A stretch of 64,000 bases of DNA. Origin: an uncultured Bacteroidota bacterium (GTDB lineage: Bacteria > Bacteroidota > Bacteroidia > Chitinophagales > Chitinophagaceae). The DNA is taken from positions 8,567 to 72,566 of the forward strand of contig CAIYKV010000044.1 of the NCBI GenBank assembly GCA_903926855.1, in the 5' to 3' direction. The position numbers were made by a program, and so were the translations under genes. Below, one piece after another: positions 1-9,983 of this stretch. How positions within the stretch are numbered: the stretch's first letter is position 1; each line of letters starts with the position of its first letter. The notes beneath the pieces are model-generated. The model saw only the letters and a list, made by a program, of their open reading frames with translations, was not told where the DNA came from and searched no databases.

Positions 1-1062
1 CTTACTAACCGGGATCTGAGGTTCGAGCATGATAAATCACGGAAAGTGAAGGAAGTAATGACCCGGGAAAACCTGATCATTGCTCCTGAAGGAACAGATT
101 TGAAAAAAGCGGAGAAAATTCTTCGTCAATACAAAATTGAAAAATTACCTGTTGTAAATAAACAAGGTAAACTGATTGGCCTGATTACTTATCGTGATAT
201 TTTACAGATTCGTAATTATCCAAATGCCGTAAAAGACGGACTCGGAAGATTGTTGGTAGGTGCCGCTTTGGGTATTACCAAGGACCTGATGGACAGGGCC
301 GCAGCATTACAATATGTGGGAGTAGATATCGTAACACTTGACAGCGCACATGGACATAGTAAAGGTGTGATTGAAGCATTAAAAGCGTTGCGCAAAAATT
401 TTAAACAATTACAGATCATTGCCGGAAATGTTGGAACAGCTGCTGGCGCAAAAGCATTAGCCGATGCAGGTGCCGATTGTGTGAAAGTGGGTATCGGTCC
501 GGGATCAATCTGTACCACTCGAATTGTTGCCGGCGCAGGCGTTCCACAGTTAACGGCTATCATGGAAGCCAGTAATGCATTAAAAGGAAGAGGAATTCCC
601 GTAATTGCTGATGGAGGTATACGATATACCGGCGATATGGTCAAAGCCCTTGCTGCCGGGGCCAATATGGTGATGATGGGTAGTGTATTTGCAGGTGTAG
701 AAGAAAGTCCCGGTGAAACCATTATCTATGAAGGAAGAAAATTCAAAGAATACCGTGGGATGGGTAGTTTAGGAGCCATGAGCCAGGGAAGCGGTGATCG
801 CTATTTCCAGGATGTGGAAGACGATATTAAAAAGTTTGTTCCGGAAGGGATCGAAGGCCGTGTAGCCTATAAAGGAAGTCTTACCGAAATCGTTTACCAA
901 TATGTAGGCGGTTTAAGAGCCGGTATGGGATATTGCGGCGCTAAAGATATCAAAACTTTACAGCAAGCCACTTTTGTAAAAATCACGAATGCAGGAATGA
1001 AAGAAAGTCATGCGCATGATGTGGATATTACAAAAGAATCACCCAATTATAGCAGGAAATAA
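1..1062 (+). CDS. guaB: IMP dehydrogenase, C-terminal ~353 aa (5' end lies outside the window)
   Basis: Frame 1 is open from nt 1 ([20 protein letters not shown]...). It shows the end of the CBS pair and then the catalytic barrel, with the [11 protein letters not shown] active-site Cys loop and GGIRYTGD / MMGS motifs. Confidence 0.95.
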   Translation, partial: LTNRDLRFEHDKSRKVKEVMTRENLIIAPEGTDLKKAEKILRQYKIEKLPVVNKQGKLIGLITYRDILQIRNYPNAVKDGLGRLLVGAALGITKDLMDRAAALQYVGVDIVTLDSAHGHSKGVIEALKALRKNFKQLQIIAGNVGTAAGAKALADAGADCVKVGIGPGSICTTRIVAGAGVPQLTAIMEASNALKGRGIPVIADGGIRYTGDMVKALAAGANMVMMGSVFAGVEESPGETIIYEGRKFKEYRGMGSLGAMSQGSGDRYFQDVEDDIKKFVPEGIEGRVAYKGSLTEIVYQYVGGLRAGMGYCGAKDIKTLQQATFVKITNAGMKESHAHDVDITKESPNYSRK

Positions 1063-1088
1063 TATTCTTTCATCTCATTCAGTATTCA

Positions 1089-1133
1089 CAAGGGTATTAA
1101 GAAATTACTAAATCTGGTTTCTTAATACCCTTG
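1089..1133 (+). terminator. Hairpin terminator downstream of guaB
   Basis: A 16-bp perfect stem (caagggtattaagaaa / tttcttaatacccttg) with a 13-nt loop, followed by tctttatt. Confidence 0.6.
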
Positions 1134-1240
1134 TCTTTATTGATAGATGGTTAGCCTCTGTTAGTCTTATCCTTTTCTTCACGTTTTGTTTCCTGCATTT
1201 CATATTTTCTTCGGAACTTTCCTTTTTAAAATAATTCGAT

Positions 1241-2830
1241 TTGAAAAGAACCCAATTAGCAGGCCTGAGCCTTTTATCCGCTCTTTTGTTATTTGCCTCC
1301 TGGCCTGTATCACCCCTTACTGCCCTGATTTTTATTGCCTGGGTTCCGCTCCTTTGGCTGGCAGATCTGATATCAAGGAAATCTGTTTTTTTTGGCTATA
1401 CCTATCTGACTGTTTTACTCTGGAATATAGGCACCACCTGGTGGATATGGAACTCTTCCGATATTGGCACCATTGCAGCCATCGGAGCCAATAGCCTGTT
1501 TATGTGCCTGCCCTGGTGGGGCTATCATATTTTCAAAAAGAAATACGGAAGAAGAATCGGATATGGTTCATTGATCCTGTTCTGGATGTGCTTCGAATAC
1601 ATTCATTTAAACTGGCAGTTAAGCTGGCCCTGGTTAACGCTGGGTAATGTATTTGCTTCTCATCCTGATTGGGTGCAATGGTATGAGTATACTGGGGTTG
1701 GTGGCGGCAGTTTGCTTATCCTTATTGGTAATCTTTTGTTTTTAGAACTAAGTATGGCAGCAAGAATCAAAAACAATACAAGAAGTCTAACCCGTCTCTG
1801 TCTACTAATTATTTCGATACCCATATTGATGTATGGTTTTTGTCAACTTCATTACCTCAGACCATCGCAGCTGATTGAGCCGAAACATAATATTGTAATT
1901 ATTCAACCGAATATTGACCCTTACCAAAAACTATCTTCCTCAACGGTATCTGACCAAATCGCCAAATTAACCCGCTTATCCGAAGAGGCTGTAGACTCAG
2001 CAACCGAATTGGTTATCTGGCCGGAAACTGCCATGATTGAAGCAGAACTTCCTGAAAAAATTTCATCCAATTTTAACTATCAACCTGTTTTTGCTTTTGT
2101 AAACAAGCACCCGGGAATTACTCTTTTGTCCGGCATTGAAACGTATAAAAATTATGGCACCATTCGCCAAACTGCTACTGCAAGAAAATCAACAGATGGT
2201 ATTTATTATGATGAATTTAATGCTGCCGTCTCTATCAAAAAAAACACGCCTTCCCTCTTCTATAATAAAAGCAAACTGGTTCCGGGAGTAGAATCCTTAC
2301 CTACTTTCCTGAATTTTATGGCGCCAGTATTTGAGAAATTTGGTGGTACGGCCGGGGGATATGGGAAATCTGATGAGTCTGCAGTTTTTGCAAAACCTGA
2401 TAATGAATATATCACAGCACCAATTATCTGTTACGAAAGTATCTATGGTGAGTATGTTAGCAGCTATGTTCAGAAAGGAGCGAACATTTTAACCATTATG
2501 ACCAACGACGGATGGTGGGGTAATACGGCGGGACATAAACAACATCTTCAATATGCGCGTCTAAGGGCTATTGAAACCAGAAGATGGGTTGCACGTAGTG
2601 CCAATACGGGGATTTCTGCAGTGATTGATGAGAATGGAAAAATTCTTCAAACACAACCCTGGGATACCGCTGCCTTTATTAAGTACCCAATCCCGGTTGT
2701 AACAGGCCAAACGTTTTATGTGAAATATGGAGATTATATATACAAACTGGCTTCCCTACTTGCTGTATTGTTAATTGGTTGGCATCTTGCAAAAATGATT
2801 CAGCAAAAATTTTTGCTAAAAAAGGGTTAA
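1241..2830 (+). CDS. lnt: Apolipoprotein N-acyltransferase
   Basis: TTG start and a polytopic N-terminal half. The C-terminal CN-hydrolase domain has VIWPETA (Glu), a Lys, and ICYESIY (catalytic Cys). The 529-aa length is typical. Confidence 0.85.
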   Translation: MKRTQLAGLSLLSALLLFASWPVSPLTALIFIAWVPLLWLADLISRKSVFFGYTYLTVLLWNIGTTWWIWNSSDIGTIAAIGANSLFMCLPWWGYHIFKKKYGRRIGYGSLILFWMCFEYIHLNWQLSWPWLTLGNVFASHPDWVQWYEYTGVGGGSLLILIGNLLFLELSMAARIKNNTRSLTRLCLLIISIPILMYGFCQLHYLRPSQLIEPKHNIVIIQPNIDPYQKLSSSTVSDQIAKLTRLSEEAVDSATELVIWPETAMIEAELPEKISSNFNYQPVFAFVNKHPGITLLSGIETYKNYGTIRQTATARKSTDGIYYDEFNAAVSIKKNTPSLFYNKSKLVPGVESLPTFLNFMAPVFEKFGGTAGGYGKSDESAVFAKPDNEYITAPIICYESIYGEYVSSYVQKGANILTIMTNDGWWGNTAGHKQHLQYARLRAIETRRWVARSANTGISAVIDENGKILQTQPWDTAAFIKYPIPVVTGQTFYVKYGDYIYKLASLLAVLLIGWHLAKMIQQKFLLKKG

Positions 2831-2835
2831 CAAAC

Positions 2836-3648
2836 ATGCAAAAAAGATTTCAATACCAATCTGCCAACATCTCTTATCAGATGATCGGGACAGGTCAACC
2901 CCTGGTTCTACTGCATGGATTTGGCGAAGACAGCCGTATCTGGCAGAAACAGATTAAGTTTTTACAAACTGTTTTTTTATTGATTATACCGGACCTGCCG
3001 GGTTCAGGTAATTCAGATATATTACACGCGAATTCTTCAGTTCTCCAGGAACCGATTCAGATTAGTGATTACGCTGATTGTATCTATGCTTTATTGCAAG
3101 AGGAAAATATTCTACAATGCACCTTACTAGGCCATAGTATGGGAGGGTATATCACTCTATCATTTGCAGAAAAATATCCGGAAAGCCTTCATGCATTTGG
3201 ATTAATACATTCCACTGCCTATGCTGATAGCGAGGAAAAAAAGAAGACCCGGGAAAAAGGAATCGATTTCATTTCAACACATGGATCATTGGCGTTTCTG
3301 AAAACCAGTATCCCGAATTTGTTTTCGGCCGGGTTCAGGGAAAACCAACCTGAAAAAATAAATGCTTTTATCGAATCGGGCAGCTATTTTACCAAAGAAA
3401 GTCTATGCCAATATTATACGGCGATGAAGCTCCGTTCTGATAAAACAAGCGTTTTGAAAGACAACCCTTTACCGGTATTATTCGTTACAGGTACAGAGGA
3501 TATGGCAGCCCCTATGCCAGATATACTGGAGCAGGCTAAGCTGCCGGTAAAATCGTATATTCATGTATTATCCGGAGTGGGACATATGAGCATGATGGAA
3601 GCCCCTGAATTATTGAACCGGTTTATACTAGGTTTCATGGACCGATAA
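2836..3648 (+). CDS. Alpha/beta-fold hydrolase
   Basis: HGFGED oxyanion region, GHSMGG nucleophile elbow and a C-terminal GVGHM His. I use the ATG at 2836, 6 nt after the lnt stop, instead of the longer track ORF that overlaps lnt. Confidence 0.8.
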   Translation: MQKRFQYQSANISYQMIGTGQPLVLLHGFGEDSRIWQKQIKFLQTVFLLIIPDLPGSGNSDILHANSSVLQEPIQISDYADCIYALLQEENILQCTLLGHSMGGYITLSFAEKYPESLHAFGLIHSTAYADSEEKKKTREKGIDFISTHGSLAFLKTSIPNLFSAGFRENQPEKINAFIESGSYFTKESLCQYYTAMKLRSDKTSVLKDNPLPVLFVTGTEDMAAPMPDILEQAKLPVKSYIHVLSGVGHMSMMEAPELLNRFILGFMDR

Positions 3649-3661
3649 TTCTATATCCAGT

Positions 3662-6271
3662 ATGAAGAAGGGATTCTACATAATCGCCATTCTTCTTTTA
3701 TCCTTACCTGCCATGGCAAGACATGTTGCGGGTGGTGAATTGTTTTATGAATACCAGGGCCCAGGCAATCCCTTATCGAACGGAACTACTACCAGTATTT
3801 ACAAGATTACACTTCGCTTATTCAGAGATTGTGCTTCTACAGGCCCCTTATTGCAAAATGAAAGTGTAACAGTGGGAATTTATGCAGATGGTTTATTAAA
3901 TACTTCGCTTCCATTACCCCTGGTAGCACCCATCAGATCCATCTCATTAAATACTGCGGCTTTTCCCTGTCTGGTGGGTAATGTAAATGTTTGTTATGAA
4001 ATAGGAATCTATTCCGCAATAATTACCCTTGCCAATAATACCAATGGTTATGTTTTATCAAGAACGGGCTGTTGCAGAGTTGACAATATTTCAAACCTAA
4101 GTGCCAAAACAAGTGTTGGCAGTAACTATGTAACTACTATACCCGGAACTGCAACCTTACCTGTGGGACATAATAGTAGTCCACAATTTTTAATAAAAGA
4201 TACCGCACTGGTTTGCGCGAACAAACCTTTTATTCTTGATTTTGGTGCGGTTGACCCAGATAATGATGTATTGAGTTATTCTCTTTGTGACGCTTTTACA
4301 TCTGCAAGCGGTGGTAATACAACCGTACCCAGCTATAATCTTTCTTTATTATCATTACCTTATTTATCACCTTATAGTGGTAGTTTTCCATTAGGCGCAG
4401 CAGTTAGCATTGATCCGAATACAGGTATTATCAGCGGTATTGCTCCTCCTGAAGGTTCTTATGTGGTAAATGTATGTATCACAGAATGGAGAAACGGAAC
4501 AGCTTTTACGCAGCATCGAAAAGATTTTATCTTAAAAGTCCAGAACTGCGATTTTATTGAAGCGGATCTGCCACCAAAAATTATTCAGTGTAATAATTTT
4601 TCGGTTCACTTTGAAAATGGTTCCACATCTTCTGCGATTACTTCCTATTTATGGCAGTTTGGCGATACGGCTCATAGTAGTTCTACTGCACCTACTATCG
4701 ACTATGTATATAAAGATACCGGCAGGTATGTAGCCTCATTAACGGTAACTGGTCCAAAAGGTTGCATTGGCTCAGACAGCACACTTGTATTGGTTTATCC
4801 TGGTTTTAGGCCAGCCTTTACTATCAATGGCAGTTGCTACCAAAATCCATTTCTGTTTACAGATTCTACCACTACTACCTACGGTCTTGTAAATACCTGG
4901 CACTGGAATTTTGGCGATGCATCTACTTCCGCAGATACATCCATTTTGCAAAATCCACAATACAAATATGCAACACCCGGCACCAGAGATATCAGTTTTG
5001 TTGTAACCAATACAAAAGGTTGTGTAGATAGTGTTCATAAGCAACTGGTAGTAAATACAAAACCTTTGATCAACCTGCCATTCAGGGATACCTTAATTTG
5101 CAGTATTGATAGTTTACCGATTAACGTTCCTAATTCCGGCATATATAACTGGTTACCCAATACGAATATTTTGAATCCCAATACTTCCAGTCCTGTTGTA
5201 TTTCCGAAAACAACAACCTGGTATTTTGTTCATGTAACTGATAATGGATGTGAGAATACCGATTCACTTATTGTAAATGTGCGTGATTTTATCAAGGTCA
5301 ATGCGGGAAACGATTCTATCGTTTGCACTGGCGATACTTTTCGATTGAAACCCATTAGTGCCGCATTGGGCTATCAGTGGCAAAGTTCAACAGGTGTACC
5401 GATAGACAATATAAAATATCCGCTTGTACAGCCATTGGTTAATACACAATATTATGTGATCGCGAATCTAGGCAAATGTCAGGATCGCGATACCGTGGGT
5501 ATTTCAGTGGTTCCTTATCCTTTATCCATTGCCGGGCCAGATGCTACAATTTGTTTTGGAACAAGGATACAATTAAAGGCAACGGCAAAAGGCATTTCAT
5601 TTCAATGGAGTCCGGCCAATTCATTATCAGATGCCAGTATCCTGAACCCTGTTGCAGCTCCTTCAAAAACAACCCGGTATCTGCTGAAAGTTATCGATAC
5701 GATTGGTTGCCCCAAACCGGGACTGGACAGTTTACTGATCACCGTTGCCCCACCAGTAATTGCCAATGCGGGAAAAGACACTTTTATATTAGTCAATCAG
5801 CCCGTGCAATTACAGGCAAGTGGAGGGGTAAGTTATAGCTGGACCCCCGAAACGGGTTTAAGTAATCCATCCATTGCCAATCCGATCCTTACGCTGGATG
5901 ATCGTTTTACTTCTATAAACTATATCGTTAAGGTATCTGATCAATATGGTTGTTTTGCTGAAGATGGAATTCAGGTAAAAGTTTTTAAAACAGGGCCCGA
6001 AATTTTTGTTCCCTCAGCGTTTACACCCAACAAAGATGGAAAGAATGATATATTGAAACCCATCACGGTGGGAATCAGTATATTAAAATATTTCAGGGTA
6101 TTTAACCGATGGGGGCAATTGGTATTCACGACTTCTGAAATAGGCAAAGGTTGGGATGGCAATTTGGGCAATATACCGCAAGCATCCGGAACTTATGTAT
6201 TTGAGACTGAAGGGGTAGATTACCAGGGTAAGACCGTTTTCAGAAAGGGTACTTCGGTTCTGATCAGATAA
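3662..6271 (+). CDS. T9SS type-B sorting-domain (gliding-motility C-terminal domain) cargo protein, paralog 1
   Basis: Signal peptide (..LPAMA), a Cys-rich N-terminal domain and a DPDNDVLSYSLC cadherin/Ig-like motif. There are two PKD-like modules (WQFGD.., WHWNFGD..) and four ~75-aa Cys-containing repeats. The C-terminal FTPNKDGKNDI...GTYVFETEGVDYQGKTVFRKGTSVLIR is the hallmark type-B CTD. Confidence 0.85.
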   Translation: MKKGFYIIAILLLSLPAMARHVAGGELFYEYQGPGNPLSNGTTTSIYKITLRLFRDCASTGPLLQNESVTVGIYADGLLNTSLPLPLVAPIRSISLNTAAFPCLVGNVNVCYEIGIYSAIITLANNTNGYVLSRTGCCRVDNISNLSAKTSVGSNYVTTIPGTATLPVGHNSSPQFLIKDTALVCANKPFILDFGAVDPDNDVLSYSLCDAFTSASGGNTTVPSYNLSLLSLPYLSPYSGSFPLGAAVSIDPNTGIISGIAPPEGSYVVNVCITEWRNGTAFTQHRKDFILKVQNCDFIEADLPPKIIQCNNFSVHFENGSTSSAITSYLWQFGDTAHSSSTAPTIDYVYKDTGRYVASLTVTGPKGCIGSDSTLVLVYPGFRPAFTINGSCYQNPFLFTDSTTTTYGLVNTWHWNFGDASTSADTSILQNPQYKYATPGTRDISFVVTNTKGCVDSVHKQLVVNTKPLINLPFRDTLICSIDSLPINVPNSGIYNWLPNTNILNPNTSSPVVFPKTTTWYFVHVTDNGCENTDSLIVNVRDFIKVNAGNDSIVCTGDTFRLKPISAALGYQWQSSTGVPIDNIKYPLVQPLVNTQYYVIANLGKCQDRDTVGISVVPYPLSIAGPDATICFGTRIQLKATAKGISFQWSPANSLSDASILNPVAAPSKTTRYLLKVIDTIGCPKPGLDSLLITVAPPVIANAGKDTFILVNQPVQLQASGGVSYSWTPETGLSNPSIANPILTLDDRFTSINYIVKVSDQYGCFAEDGIQVKVFKTGPEIFVPSAFTPNKDGKNDILKPITVGISILKYFRVFNRWGQLVFTTSEIGKGWDGNLGNIPQASGTYVFETEGVDYQGKTVFRKGTSVLIR

Positions 6272-6474
6272 TTCTCATTTCTTTTTGTTTCTAAGCAGCA
6301 TTGCCCTTCTCTTCTACATCTTACTTAAGATGTTGTAACTCCGTTAAATAAACATTCATATTACGGAAAAAATACAGCTATTTGTATTTTCACAAATCTA
6401 TCTTTACATGATCCTGAAAACCAAGTTTGAACTAGGATGATTATTAAACCCAGTAAAGAAGTAACTATCTGCAT

Positions 6475-9126
6475 ATGAAATTTGTTCTGGCTGCCTTCCT
6501 TGTCCTGATTTTTACCCAGTCAGGATTAGCCAATCACCTGAAAGGGGGCTGGATACAGTATCAATATATTTCCTCAGATCCGGTAAACAAAACAACAACT
6601 TATCAAATAACGGTAAGACAATACCTGAGTTGTAATTCAACAGCAGGGCAAAGAGATCAATTTGTCTATCTTGGAATTTTTGATAATTCAACTAATACCC
6701 TTTATTCCGGACAAGCTTATACTATTCCACTAGCCGGCTCTGATAACCCCAATAAAACCACATATAGTCCATGTATCAGTTCTCCTCCACCTGTTTGTTA
6801 TTTTATAGATAGATATACTACAACCGTAGTATTACCCAATAATATAGCCGGCTATACACTTACTGTACAAAGATGCTGTCGGATTGCCGGAATTGTAAAC
6901 GTAAGTGGTAATTCGAGTGCGATTGGGGTAAGTTATACCAATACGATTCCTGGTGTCATTAATGGGGTTGATTATTCCAAAAACAGCAGTCCCGTATTTG
7001 CACAAAAAGATACAGCGATTGTTTGTTATAGTTCTCCCTTTACGTTTGATTTTAGTGCGGTTGATCCAGATGGAGATTCTTTAAGTTATAGTTTTTGTAC
7101 AGGTTTAGTGGGGGGAGATAATTCTGCCGGAGGTGCACAGCCTTATCCTCCTTCCAGTCCTCCATATATTCCGGTAAGTTATTCTACCATATTTGCGGGG
7201 TATTCCCCCATGGGACCAACGGTTACGATTAATCCGGTAACAGGTATCATTTCCGGAACAGCTCCATCCATTACCGGTGATTATGTGGTAGCGGTTTGCG
7301 CGAATGAGTTTCGAAACGGAGTATTGATCGGAAGTACAAAAAAAGAGATTCATATTACAGTAGCCAATTGTTCAATTTCTGCAGCAGTTTTACAACCCAG
7401 CTATATTAGCTGTAATGGAACCACGCTAACATTCCAAAACGAATCACCTAATGCCACCATTATTTCATATTTATGGGACTTTGGGGTGACTACATTAACC
7501 ACAGATACTTCTTCCAGTCCAACGCCTACTTATGATTATTTGAAAAGTGGGAAAGACAGTGGTACGTTTACCGTTAAACTGGTAGTGGCTTCTTCAGGAG
7601 GCTGCAAGGATTCTGCAACATCAAAAGTGAATATTTATCCGGGTTTTGTTCCAGGCTTTACCATTACTGGCACCTGCTATTTAAATACTTATCAATTTAC
7701 AGATACAACTGCAAGTAAATATGGTTCAGTAAACAGCTGGCGATGGAATTTTGGAGACTTGACCAATGCTGCTGATACTTCCCATAGCAAAGACTCATCA
7801 TGGAAATATCCAGGACCCATAACAACCAAGGTTAGTTTGATTGTTGCCAATAACAAAGGCTGCATAGATACTGTTACTAAAACATTGGTTGTGCTGGATA
7901 AACCCGCATTGGCATTGGCATTTAAAGACACTTTAATCTGTAGTAATGATAGTCTTGCACTAGGCGTAAATATTTCCAGCGGCACTATTAACTGGACCCC
8001 TTCAACAGGTCCTAATCAGTTGCGGATCATGAATAGCAATTCAGCAACCCCAACCGTATATCCACAGGATACAACTAAATATTATGTATCTGTAAATGAT
8101 AATGGTTGTGTTAATTCTGATACCGTTACAGTGAATGTACTGAAATTTATTACGGTAGATGCTGGCCCTGACACTACAATTTGCAGGACTGACTCGGTAA
8201 TGCTAAAGCCTAACAGCTATGCTTTATCATATCAATGGGTATCTTCTGACGGAGAGATAATAAAAAATATTAAAAATCCCTATGTAACTCCTCTTACAAA
8301 TGCTATCTATTATGTAACTGCCAATTTAGGAAAATGCCAGGCAAGGGATTCAGTGGCTGTGAAACCAGTTCCTTACCCCATAGCCAGATTAGGCAATGAT
8401 ACACTGATATGTTTTGGAAATACAGTTCAGTTGAACGGTACAACAGTGGGATCCAGCTTTTACTGGACACCGGCTAATTCACTGAGCAATCCAAATTCTC
8501 TTTCACCAATAGCCGGCCCTTCAAAAACAACATTGTATATTCTTACCGCTATTGATACAGTGGGTTGCAATAAACCAGCAAGTGATACTTTAATTATTAC
8601 AGTAATACCACCTATCAATGCTTATGCTGGTAAAGATACCATGGTATTACCTAATCAAACCATACAACTCAATGCCAGCGGTGGTAGCAGTTATTACTGG
8701 AGCCCTTCAACAGGTTTAAGTGCTATCGATATTTCTAACCCAACAGTAACTCTGGGAGGTTCGCTAGATTCAGTCAGATATACAGTGATTGTATCCAATA
8801 GTGGATGTTCGGCACAGGACCAGATAAGTATACGTGTATACAAAAATGGACCGGATATACTGGTTCCTTCCGGGTTTACACCCAATGGTGATGGAAAGAA
8901 TGATATCATTCGACCCATTACGATTGGTATTACCAAGATCAATTATTTTACCGTATTTAACCGTTGGGGACAGCCTGTATTTACCACAACAGAATTCGGA
9001 AGAGGATGGGATGGAAACTTCAATGGCGTTCCACAAGGCAGCGGAACCTATGTTTATGAAACGGAAGGGGTTGACTATCTCGGTAAAACCGTTTTTAGAA
9101 AAGGAACCATTGCCCTGATCAGATAA
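6475..9126 (+). CDS. T9SS type-B sorting-domain cargo protein, paralog 2
   Basis: Same architecture as 3662-6271 and colinear along the whole length. C-terminus is FTPNGDGKNDI...GTYVYETEGVDYLGKTVFRKGTIALIR. Confidence 0.85.
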   Translation: MKFVLAAFLVLIFTQSGLANHLKGGWIQYQYISSDPVNKTTTYQITVRQYLSCNSTAGQRDQFVYLGIFDNSTNTLYSGQAYTIPLAGSDNPNKTTYSPCISSPPPVCYFIDRYTTTVVLPNNIAGYTLTVQRCCRIAGIVNVSGNSSAIGVSYTNTIPGVINGVDYSKNSSPVFAQKDTAIVCYSSPFTFDFSAVDPDGDSLSYSFCTGLVGGDNSAGGAQPYPPSSPPYIPVSYSTIFAGYSPMGPTVTINPVTGIISGTAPSITGDYVVAVCANEFRNGVLIGSTKKEIHITVANCSISAAVLQPSYISCNGTTLTFQNESPNATIISYLWDFGVTTLTTDTSSSPTPTYDYLKSGKDSGTFTVKLVVASSGGCKDSATSKVNIYPGFVPGFTITGTCYLNTYQFTDTTASKYGSVNSWRWNFGDLTNAADTSHSKDSSWKYPGPITTKVSLIVANNKGCIDTVTKTLVVLDKPALALAFKDTLICSNDSLALGVNISSGTINWTPSTGPNQLRIMNSNSATPTVYPQDTTKYYVSVNDNGCVNSDTVTVNVLKFITVDAGPDTTICRTDSVMLKPNSYALSYQWVSSDGEIIKNIKNPYVTPLTNAIYYVTANLGKCQARDSVAVKPVPYPIARLGNDTLICFGNTVQLNGTTVGSSFYWTPANSLSNPNSLSPIAGPSKTTLYILTAIDTVGCNKPASDTLIITVIPPINAYAGKDTMVLPNQTIQLNASGGSSYYWSPSTGLSAIDISNPTVTLGGSLDSVRYTVIVSNSGCSAQDQISIRVYKNGPDILVPSGFTPNGDGKNDIIRPITIGITKINYFTVFNRWGQPVFTTTEFGRGWDGNFNGVPQGSGTYVYETEGVDYLGKTVFRKGTIALIR

Positions 9127-9157
9127 GAAGCACAGAAAATTTGTATCCTCTTTAAAA

Positions 9158-9185
9158 TTTTGACTTTTGATTTTTGACTTTTGAT
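9158..9185. repeat. Perfect 2 x 14-bp tandem repeat (ttttgacttttgat) upstream of the SDR gene
   Basis: Read directly: 9158-9171 is identical to 9172-9185. It lies 32 nt upstream of the ATG at 9217. Confidence 0.85.
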
Positions 9186-9216
9186 TCCCTTAATTTCGCT
9201 TATATATCCCTACTTT

Positions 9217-9972
9217 ATGTCTAAAACTATTTTAATTACAGGTGCCACATCCGGTTTTGGAAAAGCCATTGCTGAAGTTTTTGCAGCAGCAAACTGGAAT
9301 TGTATCATAACGGGCAGAAGGGCTGAAAAATTAAACAATTTTGCCAAAGAGCTGGAAATAAAATACCCAATTAAAGTATTGCCTTTAGTATTTGATGTAC
9401 AGGATCGTGAAGCTGTATTCGCTGCCATCAATGGATTACCATCCGAATGGCAGGCAATCGATGTTTTGGTAAATAATGCCGGATTGGCACTGGGAAGAGA
9501 TAGTTTTGAAAATGCCAATCTGGATGATTGGGATACGATGATGAATACCAATGTAAAGGGCCTTATGTATGTATCTAAAGCGGTTATCCCTTTTTTAACC
9601 TCCCGTAAAAAAGGGCATATTATCAATATAGGTTCTACTGCCGGAAAAGAAGTTTATAAAGATGGCAATGCGTATTGTGCCAGCAAACATGCGGTAGATG
9701 CTTTGAGTAAAGCTATGCGAATCGATCTTTTGCCATATGGTATAAAAGTTACTACTGTTCACCCCGGTGCAGCTGAAACTGAATTCTCTATTGTAAGGTT
9801 TAAAGGAGATCAAACAAAAGCCGTCCTGGTATATGATGGCTATAAAGCATTACAGGCAGAAGATGTTGCCAATATCGTTTTTTATTCTGCAAACCTGCCA
9901 GATCATGTATGTATCAATGATTTGGTAGTAACCTGTTTATCGCAGGCAAATTCATTTTACCTGCACAAATAA
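9217..9972 (+). CDS. Short-chain dehydrogenase/reductase (YdfG/serine 3-dehydrogenase-like)
   Basis: TGATSGFG cofactor motif, NNAG, and the catalytic S...YCASK. Start is taken at MSKTILITGA. Confidence 0.85.
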   Translation: MSKTILITGATSGFGKAIAEVFAAANWNCIITGRRAEKLNNFAKELEIKYPIKVLPLVFDVQDREAVFAAINGLPSEWQAIDVLVNNAGLALGRDSFENANLDDWDTMMNTNVKGLMYVSKAVIPFLTSRKKGHIINIGSTAGKEVYKDGNAYCASKHAVDALSKAMRIDLLPYGIKVTTVHPGAAETEFSIVRFKGDQTKAVLVYDGYKALQAEDVANIVFYSANLPDHVCINDLVVTCLSQANSFYLHK

Positions 9973-9983
9973 TTTTATTCCGT

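Noticed and set aside
216-722. 168-aa antisense ORF inside guaB. Similar 60-140-aa ORFs sit inside or antisense to lnt, the T9SS genes, uvrA, dsbD, kup, metG, nrdJ, ileS and others.
   Set aside because: All lie within long ORFs that have unambiguous family motifs. Their sequences are low-complexity or mirror the opposite strand, with no independent coding support.
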